From Hydrolagus affinis (Eukaryota), in the NCBI GenBank assembly GCA_012026655.1, contig JAAILG010000218.1:62001-123767 (forward strand): a stretch of 61,767 bases of DNA, given 5' to 3'. Shown here in pieces: positions 1 through 10,712 of this stretch. Both the position numbers and the translations under genes were made by a program. Position 1 is the stretch's first letter; each line of letters starts with the position of its first letter. The notes under the pieces are model-generated. The model had not been told where the DNA came from. It was given only the letters and a program-made list of their open reading frames with translations, and made no database searches.

Positions 1-760
1 CTATGCAAATTATATGATTGGATCACAGACCCAGCTATCACAGATCAGCAGCATTCTCCACCCCTACCCCCATCCCTGAATAATGGTATAAAATCACTCC
101 ATTTTCAGATGTTTTAGAAAATACACATAGGGATGTTCTAAGACATTAATATACTGTGAGGACGAGATGAGGTTAATAAACTGTTTGAGATTTACTCTCA
201 TTATTTATAAGATTATTGCAGCCCATCAATTTAATAATAATTAGCATCGCTTGCATTTAATTTAGCACTGTACACACCAGAACATCACCAAGCACTTCAT
301 GGGTTTCGCTGTGAAATGTAGTAACTGCATTTTTTGGGTGAAATTTGCTTTTTCATTGTAGTACTGTACTTGGAATGCTATAAGAAATAAAATGGTGTAA
401 TGCAGTACAGTGTATGGTTTAAAAAATATTGTGGAATGTAATTTAGACTTTTGAACAGACATACATAGAGGTTAAAGATAACAAGATGTTAGTATTTTAT
501 GAGCTCTGTAGTAAAGAAAGCATGTGACGTTGTCATTGTAGCATTTTGTTGATTTGGATTCAAATCAGGCTCTTACCTACAATTTTAAACAGTTTGATTT
601 GTGTCACTTGACAAATGAGAAACTGACTCTTTAGATCTCATAAGGTGTATGCAACTCCTCAGCTCATGAGCACTTAGTATAAACCATACTCTTATAAACA
701 CTACATCTTTGTAACATGCAGTATTTGTATCAAAGCAAGTTATGTGATAAGCATATATTA

Positions 761-1227
761 GGAGATTGGGTAACCCAATAGTTTAAAACACTGTCCTTTT
801 AACTCTTAAACTTAGGTTTAAGTGCAGCTGGGACTGATAATGCAGAAGACTTTATACTGTCTAACAGTTCTGAGTGAATGAGTTCGTCCAGCATCAATCA
901 ATTCCTAGTGAGTACAAGTCTGCAGTGCAAAACGGTCCATAATTCAGCACCAATTGACACTAAGTTGGTAATCTTTCTTAGACAGTCTTTAAGGATGGTT
1001 AGTGTGGGAAGTGGAAAAAAATGCACTGGTGCAGTTAAGGGTGATCTTCTGAGATTGGGGTTAAGTTGTTTTATAAGGACAGAGCGGAGGGAGTTTCTCT
1101 TTGCTCCTAACCCATGGTACCTCTGACCTGACAGTACTCAGTGCTTACACTGGATGCAGAGAGTGGAAAGATGTTCAATTCTCTAAACAGTGATACCACT
1201 TCTTTTGATAAACACAAAATCTTCACC
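761..1227 (+). mobile_element. LF-SINE-like tRNA SINE, near full length, old
   Basis: Decayed tRNA-like head (GGAGATTGGGTAACC...CCTTTTAACTCT...GGTTTAAGTGCAG), then GTGAATGAGTT..CAATTCCTAGTG..CAAAAC..CAGCACCAATTGACAC..GTTGGTAATCT and a 3' end CACAAAATCTTCAC. Collinear with the LF-SINE consensus as I recall it. Confidence 0.6.
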
Positions 1228-2260
1228 AAAGCAAATAGAACATTCATGATTTAGGAGATTCTTACGGAAAGGAATACTGAACAAATCTTATCGAGCAATT
1301 CCTAAAATTGTAACTGTTTTTATAGACTGTTCAATAAAAATGATAATTCCATTACCACTGAATAAATCAGCAATTCTTTAAATACTTGTGTGTTATCAGT
1401 TAAGTCATTTGATATATTTGATGCTTCTGACAGAAATTTTGACATTCAGAGGAAGATGACATTTTTGCTATTACTGCAGTAATATTTCTGAACATCAGCA
1501 GCATGAACATGTGGTAGAGAGCAGGGTTTGATTGATTTCCAGTAAATACAGTTTATATCAATATAAGTAAAGAGATGGTATTAATAATAAGCATAATGTT
1601 AGACAGCAATAGTTTGCAGACATAATTGCTTTAAAGTGGGCAATTAAGACTAAGTGCATGTGGTTTTAGTGACTGCCCTACATTCCTTTGGATGATTACA
1701 GTGATCAATGCATATGATTTGTAAGTAGCTCCGTATTGATCAAGAGGTGGAACATTCGACCTTGAAGAAGTCGTTCACGAGGACACCAAATGCAGTTTTC
1801 GTTTATGCTCTGAAGCCTTTTGTTTTAAAAAGGATATTTCTGTGCCTGCAGTGTTCCACAATGTGCTTCTTTCTTGCATTTTATTGATAGATTTTGAGAT
1901 TTTATTGACTTTTTCGGCCTAAAAATAAAATTAATTTCCATTATCCAGACTATCATTTGCGCTATTTCAACCTTTTGGTTAAAATGTGCCATTGATTAAA
2001 TTGCTCTATTATATTTAAAAGCCAGAAAAATAATAATGCATGTTCTAATCATAATTTTTTTATTGAATGAATGAAAAAAATCAAGGTTATTACATGAAAG
2101 TCGACTTTTTTTTATTGCTAGGCACAAGTATTATGGAAATGTAGCTCAATCATTTATGATTTTTCACCAGTCACTTTTTAACCAATCATTCACCATACAT
2201 ACTGACATCACGGAAGGAAAGTGCTCACAAAAGGAACTCACTGTTAACTTCACTTTGGTC

Positions 2261-2771
2261 ACAACAAAACAACAACAAAATTACATTTGTATAGCGCCTT
2301 TCACTCACATCACGGTGAGTGATGTAGATCCGAGCTGAGGTAGGGATCGGGGAGGGTGGAGGGAAGGAAGGGAGGGGAAGTGGGGTGACCGAGAGCACAG
2401 TTGAAAAGGAGGGTCTTGAGGTGTGACTTGAAGAAACAACAACAACAACTTTGATTTATATAGCGCCCTCCATGCCGGACGGCGTTTCAGAGCGCTTAAG
2501 GAGGCTAGCGAAGGGCTGAGGTTGAGGTATTGCGGGATGGAATTCCAGAGGTTGGGGGCAGAATGGCTGAGGACTCGCCTGCTGATGGTGGGGTGGGTAG
2601 TTTGGGGGCCATGAAGCATTTCCAGAGCCCGCTGAGCAGAGGGAGCAGACAGGCTGATAGGGGATTAGGAAGTCACAGAGCAACTTAGGGTGGGGCAAGG
2701 CCATGGAGGGCTTTAAAAGTGAGGACCAGGATCTTGAATTGAATCCTCCGAATGATGGGGAGCATTGCACC
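2261..2771 (-). mobile_element. L2-clade LINE 3' fragment (ORF2 C-terminus, 3' UTR, (TTG)n tail)
   Basis: Minus-strand translations give IQFKILVLTFKALHGLAPP, CDFLIPYQPVCSLCS and SHSAPNLWNSIP, typical of the L2 ORF2 C-terminus. Ends in AAGGCGCTATACAAATGTAATTTTG(TTG)n. Confidence 0.85.
2435..2496 (-). mobile_element. ~60-bp L2-type 3' stem-loop insertion nested in the L2 above
   Basis: (CAA)n-CTTTGATTTATATAGCGCCCTCCATGCCGGACGGCGTTTCAGAGCGCT interrupts the host L2 sequence. A near-identical copy lies at 19457-19515 on the opposite strand. Confidence 0.75.
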
Positions 2772-4604
2772 ATTACTTGCTCTAGCTTTAATTTGATTCT
2801 GGCAGGAGCCAGAAAAATACAGTCACCAGAACACAACTGGATATGCCACTTGGTGAGGGAATTTGAGAAATGGGCAGAAATGGATTTATCTCCAGCAGAA
2901 GTTTCATTATTATCTGCCAAGAGCAAAAATTCCTGGTACGCTAACCCTATGTGCAATACAAATGTGCTATGTAAAATTATTTTTCATTTGTCTTTCTTTT
3001 CAATTTCCCCTTTCCTTATCTCCTCCCTTTCATTCCCCACCATCATTGTTTCTCTCCTTGCCCATTTATTTCTGTTTTGATATTGTCAGAAACATCTTAA
3101 TCCAGTCCTCGTTGAGATTCCAGGTCCCGCTGTCCAGCTCTCTACTGTGACCTTCACCATATTCTGCCTCTATAGCCATCATCTTCTGATACTTCCATTC
3201 ACCTATTTCCTTGCTCTATCCCCGCAATCTGCCTTCTATTCCCCCCCACCACCCATCCCCATCTCGGAACTCTTATCTCCACAACCGTCTGGCTCTGAAC
3301 ACATCTATTTCCTAACTCTATTTCTCCAATCTCAAGCTCTTAGGTCAGCTTACGAACACTGATGCCTGCATTCAGTGCTGTCAGTAAGTTTAAAAATAGG
3401 CATCAGTTGAGTTTCAAGTAGGAGGGGACTGTTTGCAAAGGAAGAAACTGATCTGTGTGGTGTTAATTGGTGCAGTAAATAAACCAGAGGTCTGGCAAGA
3501 TTGTCAATATCTCCTGAATTGAGGGTTCTGCCTATAACATACATTACAGAGCATGTTGAGATGTGATAAGGTGTTATATCAAACGTAAGGATTATTATTA
3601 GTCAAGTTAGTTTGGCTATATTTACACAGGGGGTAAATATCAGTATTAGTTGTTTGACTTATGATCTTTTAAACCACTTCCTTGGTAAAATGAATAAAAT
3701 AACAATAACTTAGAAAGGCCTTTTGATAAAAGTACAACATTTGAACTAGTGACAGATAATGATCAAACAAATGAAGGAACCCTGTGGATGGAGCAGCCTT
3801 TCAACACTCACTGGCCAGCTTATGCTTGAAGAATAGCTACTTAAGCAAGGTATCAGTGAGCTTCCAATGCCTGTGGGCCTGTATTCCATCAAGATTCAAT
3901 GACAATGGGGGAGGGGGGACTGGAGGAAAGGGGAAAGAAAATAAAAACATATCTGTTTCAACTTGAGTTATAAGAAACAACATCAGATATTACTGTGTGT
4001 GGTTTGGGAAGGTTCCTCCATTGAGTCAAGTTAACTGGTCCCTTGTCACACGTTTTTGACGCTTTCAATGAGACTCTCCCATTTATCGTGGGAAATAGAA
4101 ATCAACCCATGTTGTAACTGCAGACCTGTGCTCAGTGTTCAGTTCATGATCCAACTGAAAGAACACATAACTGGGGACTTAGACAAGATCAACACAGTCA
4201 GTGCAGAAACACTTAAGAAGATGCAGCGGAATCAAAGCAAGGCAGCCGATGCCTGAGATCAAACTAGGCAGAGATTCTAATAAAAACACTGATGCACGTG
4301 TCTGCCACGACTAAGATATCACAGCAGCTGCAGCTGCCCATCCCCCTTCCCTCAGCTGCCAAAGGGTTACACAAATGTTAAAAAAGTTTGAAGTTTAATT
4401 ATGTTGGAAACAACGAGTCAAATTCACAATCAACAATTTCCAATCTTTAGCCTGAGTTGAGTTTCAAGTCCATTTTTCCTTTTAAATAAGGCTTATTGCG
4501 CAACTTATTTGAAACCCACAGAAATCTACTGATCTTACTGCTGATATCTTTTATGAAAAGATATTTTACAAATAGATAAAAAGCCAGGACTATGTTAATT
4601 GATA

Positions 4605-4960
4605 ACAAATGTAATTTATAAGCATGTGTGAGTATTCCACACTTCTGAGCCACTTTTAAACATTGATCTGTAACTGATCTCAAATCTTCTTCCAACTTCA
4701 TCCTGTAATTAAAGTTAATATTTTTCACATGTATATGCATTACTTTACATTTATTCCCTTTAAACAGCATTTGATAATCATTATCCCAAATACCGAGTCC
4801 TTTGAAGACTAGCTGCCTCTGTCATATGTGTTGCTATCCCACACAATGTTGCACCATCAGAACATTTTACAATTCTGCTTTTGATCCCCTCATCTAGATC
4901 ATTTATGTAGATTGAGAAAAGTATTGGTCCATGACTGTTCCCCAGGGATCTCTTCTCTCC
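4605..4960 (-). mobile_element. CR1 LINE ORF2 (RT region) relic
   Basis: ORF 4447-4770 contains MLFKGNKCKVMHI..EEDLRSVTDQCLKVAQKC, a decayed match to the CR1 M.FN..KCKVMH...EKDLGV..D..LKV..QC motif. Confidence 0.7.
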
Positions 4961-5135
4961 CTTTTTATAATTATTCTCAGTTTCTTATTGTCACGCTAGT
5001 TTTTAATTCAGTTCATGCTTTTTCTGCTAATTCCATCAGCTTTCACTTTGTTCCAGTCTGCTGTAAGGTAGATTTGCGAATTCCCTTTAAAAGCCAACAT
5101 AACTTTGGTAGTAGATAGCCAATTAGATTGAAACC

Positions 5136-5264
5136 AAAAACTGTCAAACTTACTATTTGTAAATAACTGTCGAAAAAAAACTGTCAAAAAAAAGGCAAAA
5201 AAAAAATTGTCAAAAAAAAACTCAAAAAAAAATTGTCAAAAACTATCGAACTTACTATTTGTAA
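5136..5264. repeat. A-tract minisatellite flanked by a 27-bp direct repeat
   Basis: AAAAACT(G/A)TC(A/G)AACTTACTATTTGTAA at 5136-5162 and 5238-5264, with degenerate A(n)CTGTC / A(n)TTGTC units between them. Confidence 0.8.
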
Positions 5265-5354
5265 GTTAGGATCTGCAAAGCTAATAATTGTAATAATGAA
5301 ATGACAAAGAATAATCCATACTAGTATCCTTTTCAAAGCTTCTGCCGAATTCAC

Positions 5355-5563
5355 AATAATAATCCTTGCTTTGAGCAAGATGGCGGTATGGATCATTCTT
5401 TGCCATCTTATTGTTAGAATTATTAACTTGGTTATTAAAAATAATCTGGGTTTCCATTTACTGCAAGGTAAACAGAGGCATGTGGAATAAGAAAACATCC
5501 CAAAGGAATCACCCTGCCCGAGATTCGAACCCAGATCCTCCCACTCTAACCAATACGCTACAG
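5355..5563 (-). mobile_element. tRNA/CORE-type SINE, partial
   Basis: Minus strand reads CCTGTAGCGTATTGGTTAGAG..GGGTTCGAATCTCGGGCAGG (A and B boxes), then TTTTCTTATTCCACATGCCTCTGTTTACCTTGCAGTAAA, ending CAAAGCAAGGATTATTATT. Same family as 8476 and 59075. Confidence 0.7.
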
Positions 5564-6320
5564 GATCTCCATGATATTAGGCTGCATAATGAAGTTAATA
5601 ATGATGCAAATTCCACCAGCAGGTACAGATCTAGTATTCAAGATCGATTCTTCCAATCAAATAAAAAAAACTTTGGTCTCCCTGCAATGCAGAAATCTCA
5701 AACTAACTATCTTAGTTTAGGTTTAAAACAAGTTACATTTCCTAATCCTTTGTATGAAGCTGTATTTTTTTTTAATTTGCATTCAGATATTGAATAATAA
5801 AAAATGAGGTTGTTACTCCCGAAATTGGTTGTACTTTAAACAAGCTTTCAAATAAGCATTTTCACTTCAACTCAAAATATAGTGTAGCAATAACATAATG
5901 TCAACCTAGATTGCATGGGCTGGAAGTCCTGCTGAAATCCACAGTCTCCGTGGAACCAACTGAATAAGGTTAAATACCTTATGTCAGTTTCTGTTTTTCT
6001 GAGCGAGCAGCAGTAATTTTGTTGTTGTTGTAGCTATGTCAAGCTATTTTATCACCCTGTTTAAATAATAAAATATAACTGCTGAATATTCTCAGCTTCC
6101 AGATGAGTACAGTTCAGTTTAAGAGAAAACACAGGCATGCCAATAGGTATGCAAGGCATTAAAAGATCATGATATCAAAATATCACGTTTGTGACATTTA
6201 TGTAATTTGCTCATTTTTCATCGTCTCCTATACTATTGCACAGCACTACGTGACTGCACCAAGTCGCTATAATACAAAGCTGTAGTTGTCATAAACATTT
6301 AAAAAAAAATGCAGAACAAT

Positions 6321-6628
6321 AAGAACATAAGAATTAGGAGCAGGAGTAGGCCATTCGGCCCCTCGAGCCTGCCCCCCCATTTGATAAGATCATGGCTAGT
6401 CTTCTGACCTAACTCTAATTACCTGCCCTATCCCCATACCCCCTAATCCCTCTATTTAAAAAAAAATCTATCAGTCTCAGCCTTGAAAATGTTCAAGGAC
6501 TGAACATCTACAGCCTTCTGGGGTACCCTCTGAGTGAAGAAATGTTTCCTCAACTTTGTTCTAAAAGGCTGACCCTTAATTTTAAGATTATGACCCCGGT
6601 TATAGATTCTCCTACCAGGGGAAACAAT
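6321..6628 (-). mobile_element. CR1 LINE 3' end (5'-truncated, relatively young)
   Basis: ORF 6452-6859 contains RGHNLKIKGQPFRTKLRKHFFTQRV..AVDVQSLNIFKAETDRF. 3' UTR GGCCGAATGGCCTACTCCTGCTCCTAATTCTTATGTTCTT. Confidence 0.92.
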
Positions 6629-6986
6629 GTTATCAGATGAGCTAGCGCGCGTGGCGGAGGGGTCCCACGCTACATTGCTTCCATCCCGGGCAGTTGCTAA
6701 AGAAAAATATTTAAACTGTGTGTAAAAATAATGTAAAGAAAACTGAATTGCATTTTCTAATAAGCTTTGCACGTTAAACCAGGCTCTGGTGGATAGTCCT
6801 ATTTTATAAAAGAGCCCATAGAGGCTAAAACAGGAAGGATGCAGTCTGTCATAAAACATTAATTGAGCCTAAGCATGTGGTAGTGGGGGGTGTCTAATGC
6901 AGATGATTAAGCTATGAGTGAATAAGCAATACTACAAGCATTTCAAATGAGTGTGCCTTTATTGCAAAGAATATGAAAAGTGTTGC

Positions 6987-7000
6987 ATTTGCATATGAAT
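6987..7000. promoter_or_regulatory. Octamer (POU) motif ATTTGCAT with adjoining ATGAAT half-site, in a repeat-free block
   Basis: ATTTGCATATGAAT seen directly. Function is not shown. Confidence 0.25.
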
Positions 7001-7703
7001 GAATGAGCGCATTATTGCCTTCAGCAGAATATCTGTGATACTCGCTTTATTCAACGAGTACTATTAATAAAGATATGCCTCCTCCTTATTCCTCTTCATA
7101 ACTGCACAAAGATGATAAATGTTATACGGTACCAAATGCTATGGAGAACTTCTGCAATAAAGAGTTAAAACTGACAAAAGGTTTATGCCAGCAACTCATT
7201 CACTATGGAAACTGTGATTGAGTTCCATTCTGTCTGCAGCTCCTCACCCTAAAAAAAGACATTACAGGTATATGGAGTCATTTTGCAGATGTGCAGAATC
7301 GTATCAAATTACATTGGAGTGTCAGAGCATAAATGCAATCTGACTTCAGTACAAATACTGTAATGTGTTGAAATTCTCTGAAACTAAACTGAACTTGACA
7401 TGTCCCATCACCACCTAAATTTTGCATTGACACCCAATATAGAGCGAACGTGGAGTGTTTTAACAGCTGCATTGGAACACCAAATGTGGATCCCATTCAG
7501 CAGTGAGATCCGATTTGCTGAAACTGCAGCTTGAATATTTAAATATCGTTTTACCTTTCATTTGCTTCTCTCAGCAGGTTTGCCAGTGCGACAGAACAGA
7601 ATAGGTGCACATAGCCACAGGAATTTAAGCGTCATTCTACGCTGCATTTTGTAAACTTTAATTAAAAATGATTGCTGTCCAGTATGAAAATATGGGAGAA
7701 CGC

Positions 7704-7880
7704 GGTTGCAGGTTCAATCCCCTCATTCTGCCTTCATTTTCCTCCAGTGCAGTGCTGGGAGTGAGTGGCATTGTTGGAGGTTCTGTTCTTCGGATGAGAC
7801 TTTAAATCGAGGCCCCATCTGCTTGTGGATGTTAAAGATCCCACGGCACTACTCAAAAAGATAAAGTTTCTCCTGGTGCA
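7704..7880 (+). mobile_element. Deu-domain SINE fragment
   Basis: CCAGTGCAGTGCTGGGAGTG..TTGGAGGT..CTTCGGATGAGACTTTAAATCGAGGCCCCATCTG..GTGGATGTTAAAGATCCCACGGCACTA matches the Deu central domain (AmnSINE1/SacSINE1-like). Confidence 0.8.
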
Positions 7881-8475
7881 CAAAATGTTCAGCTAAATGG
7901 GTTGTCAACTTTCAGAACGATAGAAATTGAAATGCCTTCTGTATTGAGTTCAGCCCATAACCCCAAGAAGCAAATCGCCCTCCATCATCCATCTCGCTCT
8001 TTAATTTGCAATCAGTATAAACATATGATTTCAGTGTGTATAAAAAGAATAATGCAGGTATTTCATTGACTCAGGTTCCAAAGTATCAGTGTCAACTTTT
8101 GGGAGGGGTGTTAATACATAGATAGCAAAGTATTAAATGGATTGCCACTTTAACCAAGGCATAATTCCCATCCAGTTCATTATGGTTCAGTTGTGACTAT
8201 GAAAGCCTTCTCTGTGCCAAACCTCATTGAACTGAAGACTCACAATAGGGAGGTGTCATATCACACATCATAAATAATGTAACTGGAGGCCGTTTTCAAA
8301 TTGTTCACAGAAGCATCTCTTATGTTTCATGTAAAAGTATTAAGGTTTACAAATTCCTTATTGTAGAAAGTGTAAAAAAAAGTTTGGAGTGTGTAGTAAA
8401 AATATCATAAAATAATTTCTGATTGTTGAAATTTATGTCATAATGCTCTAGCTTGCATATATAAAGTAATGTGGA

Positions 8476-8776
8476 GTCCTGTAGCTCAGTGCTTAGAGCA
8501 CTTGCTCGCAAGCGACAGACCTGGGTTCAATTCACGGCAGGACAAAACCTTGGGCAAGTTTTCTTACTTCACACACACCTGATAATAATCCCTCAAGAAA
8601 CAAAATTGGTCATTTCAATCCATGACTATTTGTGGGACACTATTGTGTGCTATTGGCTGTCCCATTTTGCCCACAACTATACAGTCGATTCACATTACAG
8701 TATATTTTGTGAAGCACTTTGAGACGTCTAGAATACAGGAAACATGCTGTATCAAATGCAATGAATATTATTATTA
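8476..8776 (+). mobile_element. tRNA/CORE-type SINE with L2-like (ATT)n tail
   Basis: Head GTAGCTCAGTGCTTAGAGCAC..CTGGGTTCAATTC, then CCTTGGGCAAGTTTTCTTAC (CORE-like), then tail GTGAAGCACTTTGAGACGTC..TATCAAATGCAATGAATATTATTATT. Confidence 0.8.
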
Positions 8777-9054
8777 TACTGTATAGTGTGTTAGATTTTG
8801 GTCTATCACACCAATTCATAGTTACGATTATGGTTCCTATAAGCCACAGTATCTCAAGCCAATACAATAACAAGTAATGGGTCTAACAATTGACTGATGT
8901 GCAGATTTAAGATACTGGAATAAGAACAGTGTCTTGTAGCACCAATCTCACACCAGAAGATGGAATATAAAGAGCGGAATAAAAATTCGCAAACCAATTA
9001 AATCAATCGGAATAAGTTTTTTTAAACAAAATGCTTAAGTAGCACTAGGTAAAC

Positions 9055-9170
9055 ATTTGTTTTGCCCACAAAATATGCAGTCATTCCACTTTATTGTATA
9101 TTCTGCGAACTGCATTGAGACTTCCTTGTGACAAGGTGCTATATCAAATACAAGGATACTATTATTATAT
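9055..9170 (+). mobile_element. SINE/L2 3' tail fragment; representative of many short (ATT)n-tailed copies (e.g. ~9600, 16530, 19710, 21405, 35010, 35150, 40065, 40660, 47110, 50170, 52465, 55010)
   Basis: Recurrent motif GCCCACAAA..ACAGTC..TCACTTTACAGTATATTCTGTGAAGCGCTTTGAGA..GAAAGGCGCTATATCAAATGCAAGGATTATTATT on both strands. Confidence 0.75.
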
Positions 9171-10465
9171 TCAGATGATATACAAGTATCATTGAAGATT
9201 AATATGCTTCTTTCAATATTACAGAGGTGGATTTTGCAGTCCCTTGCTGCTGCAGCTGTAAGTAAAAAAAATTGATTGCTCTTTCCATAAATGCACCTTT
9301 GAAGCGCTAGGTTTCTTTCGTGCAAGCATGGAATAACTGATTTGTTTTGTGTTGAATGTGAGGGTTTACTCATGCAGTTCGATCTACATGAAGTACCAGC
9401 AACTTTGTACAAGAACTGCAGATTTCTGGAATACCCGCTTTGATCTACGTTTTATTTAACTTTTAAGATGAGCGATATAGAAACAGACATTTTCTGTACA
9501 GAAGGGAGCCATTTGGCCTATCGTGTCAGTGTCATGATGATGTACCTTAACAAATTTCGGCAGAAACCAACTCTGTTGTACGAATGGAAATCTTTCTAGT
9601 TTTATGCTTGCCTGCAAAATACATCGTCACTACACTTTGCAGTGAATCCTGTGAACCGCTTTGAGATGTCTGAATGACATGAAGAAAACTATTTCAAAAT
9701 TATATAATTATTTATAACTTGCTTAATTATTTTCCTATAGAAACCTGCTTTGATCGGCTGTAGTACATGAACACAAGATTCTGTACTTCAGCAAGAACTA
9801 ATACTTTGTATGTACTTAAATTAGGACAGGAGCTCTTATTGCAGACAGCATGTGCATTACTACACCACGATCATTAATATAGCCTTTTCTAACAGCGTTC
9901 TGGTAAGTAATAAAGTTATCATTTTGATGCATTACTATTTATGAACTGAGAGAATGCCGCGGTCTTCCCTTAATTTAACCTTTGTTTAAATGGTATTCTT
10001 TGCTTGTTTAAGATCACAAAATGGTGTATTTCCCGTCCATTGTATTATCAGATAAACACACTATTTATAATTGCACTTCGTGGTTGCAATGTATTGCATT
10101 TCAGCCCTTGCCCCCTAGTGTTACCTTTTCAATGTATGAACTCATCCAGTGAAGCGTTTCATATAACAAAAAAGCTACATTATTTTGTTAATAATGGTTC
10201 ATGTCTTCAATTCAAGATTTTAACATTTGAAAGACTAGATTTGAGCAAATCACGAGCTATCAGAATTTTAAAAATGTGCTGTTAGTTTAGGGATTTACGT
10301 ACCTATTAATATTTTATTGAGACTACATTATTTATTCCTAAATTTCCTAAGATTACCAGTACTGATTAATATTTTTTGATATGCCTAAGAGAAGGATAAT
10401 ATCACCAGTCTAATATCATATACAGAATATATATTTTGTCACATTAGCTTGTTTTAAGGCATATC

Positions 10466-10712
10466 CAATAAGACGTTAAACCGAGGTCCTGTCTGTGTTT
10501 TCTGCAGTTGGATGTTAAAGATCCCAAAACACTATTTGAAAAGAGATGAGGGCATCTCCTAGAGAGTTTGCTTACTTCACGGCTGGCTATGGGTCCTGGC
10601 TGTGTGGAAATTGGCTGTCTCATTTGCCCCTCAAATATAGTCAGTACACTTGACAGTTGTGAGTAAAGTGGTTTGAGCCCTTTTGCCATTAATATCAAAT
10701 GTAAGGATTTAT
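10466..10712 (+). mobile_element. Deu-domain SINE, 5'-truncated
   Basis: AGACGTTAAACCGAGGTCCTGTCTG..GGATGTTAAAGATCCCAAAACACTATTTGAAAAGAG..AAATTGGCTG..TATCAAATGTAAGGATT. Confidence 0.8.

Noticed and set aside
2976-3385. Possible Penelope 3'/pLTR remnants (also ~22540-22760 and 51560-51720)
   Set aside because: Only compositional resemblance and a few short words; too decayed to call without a profile search.
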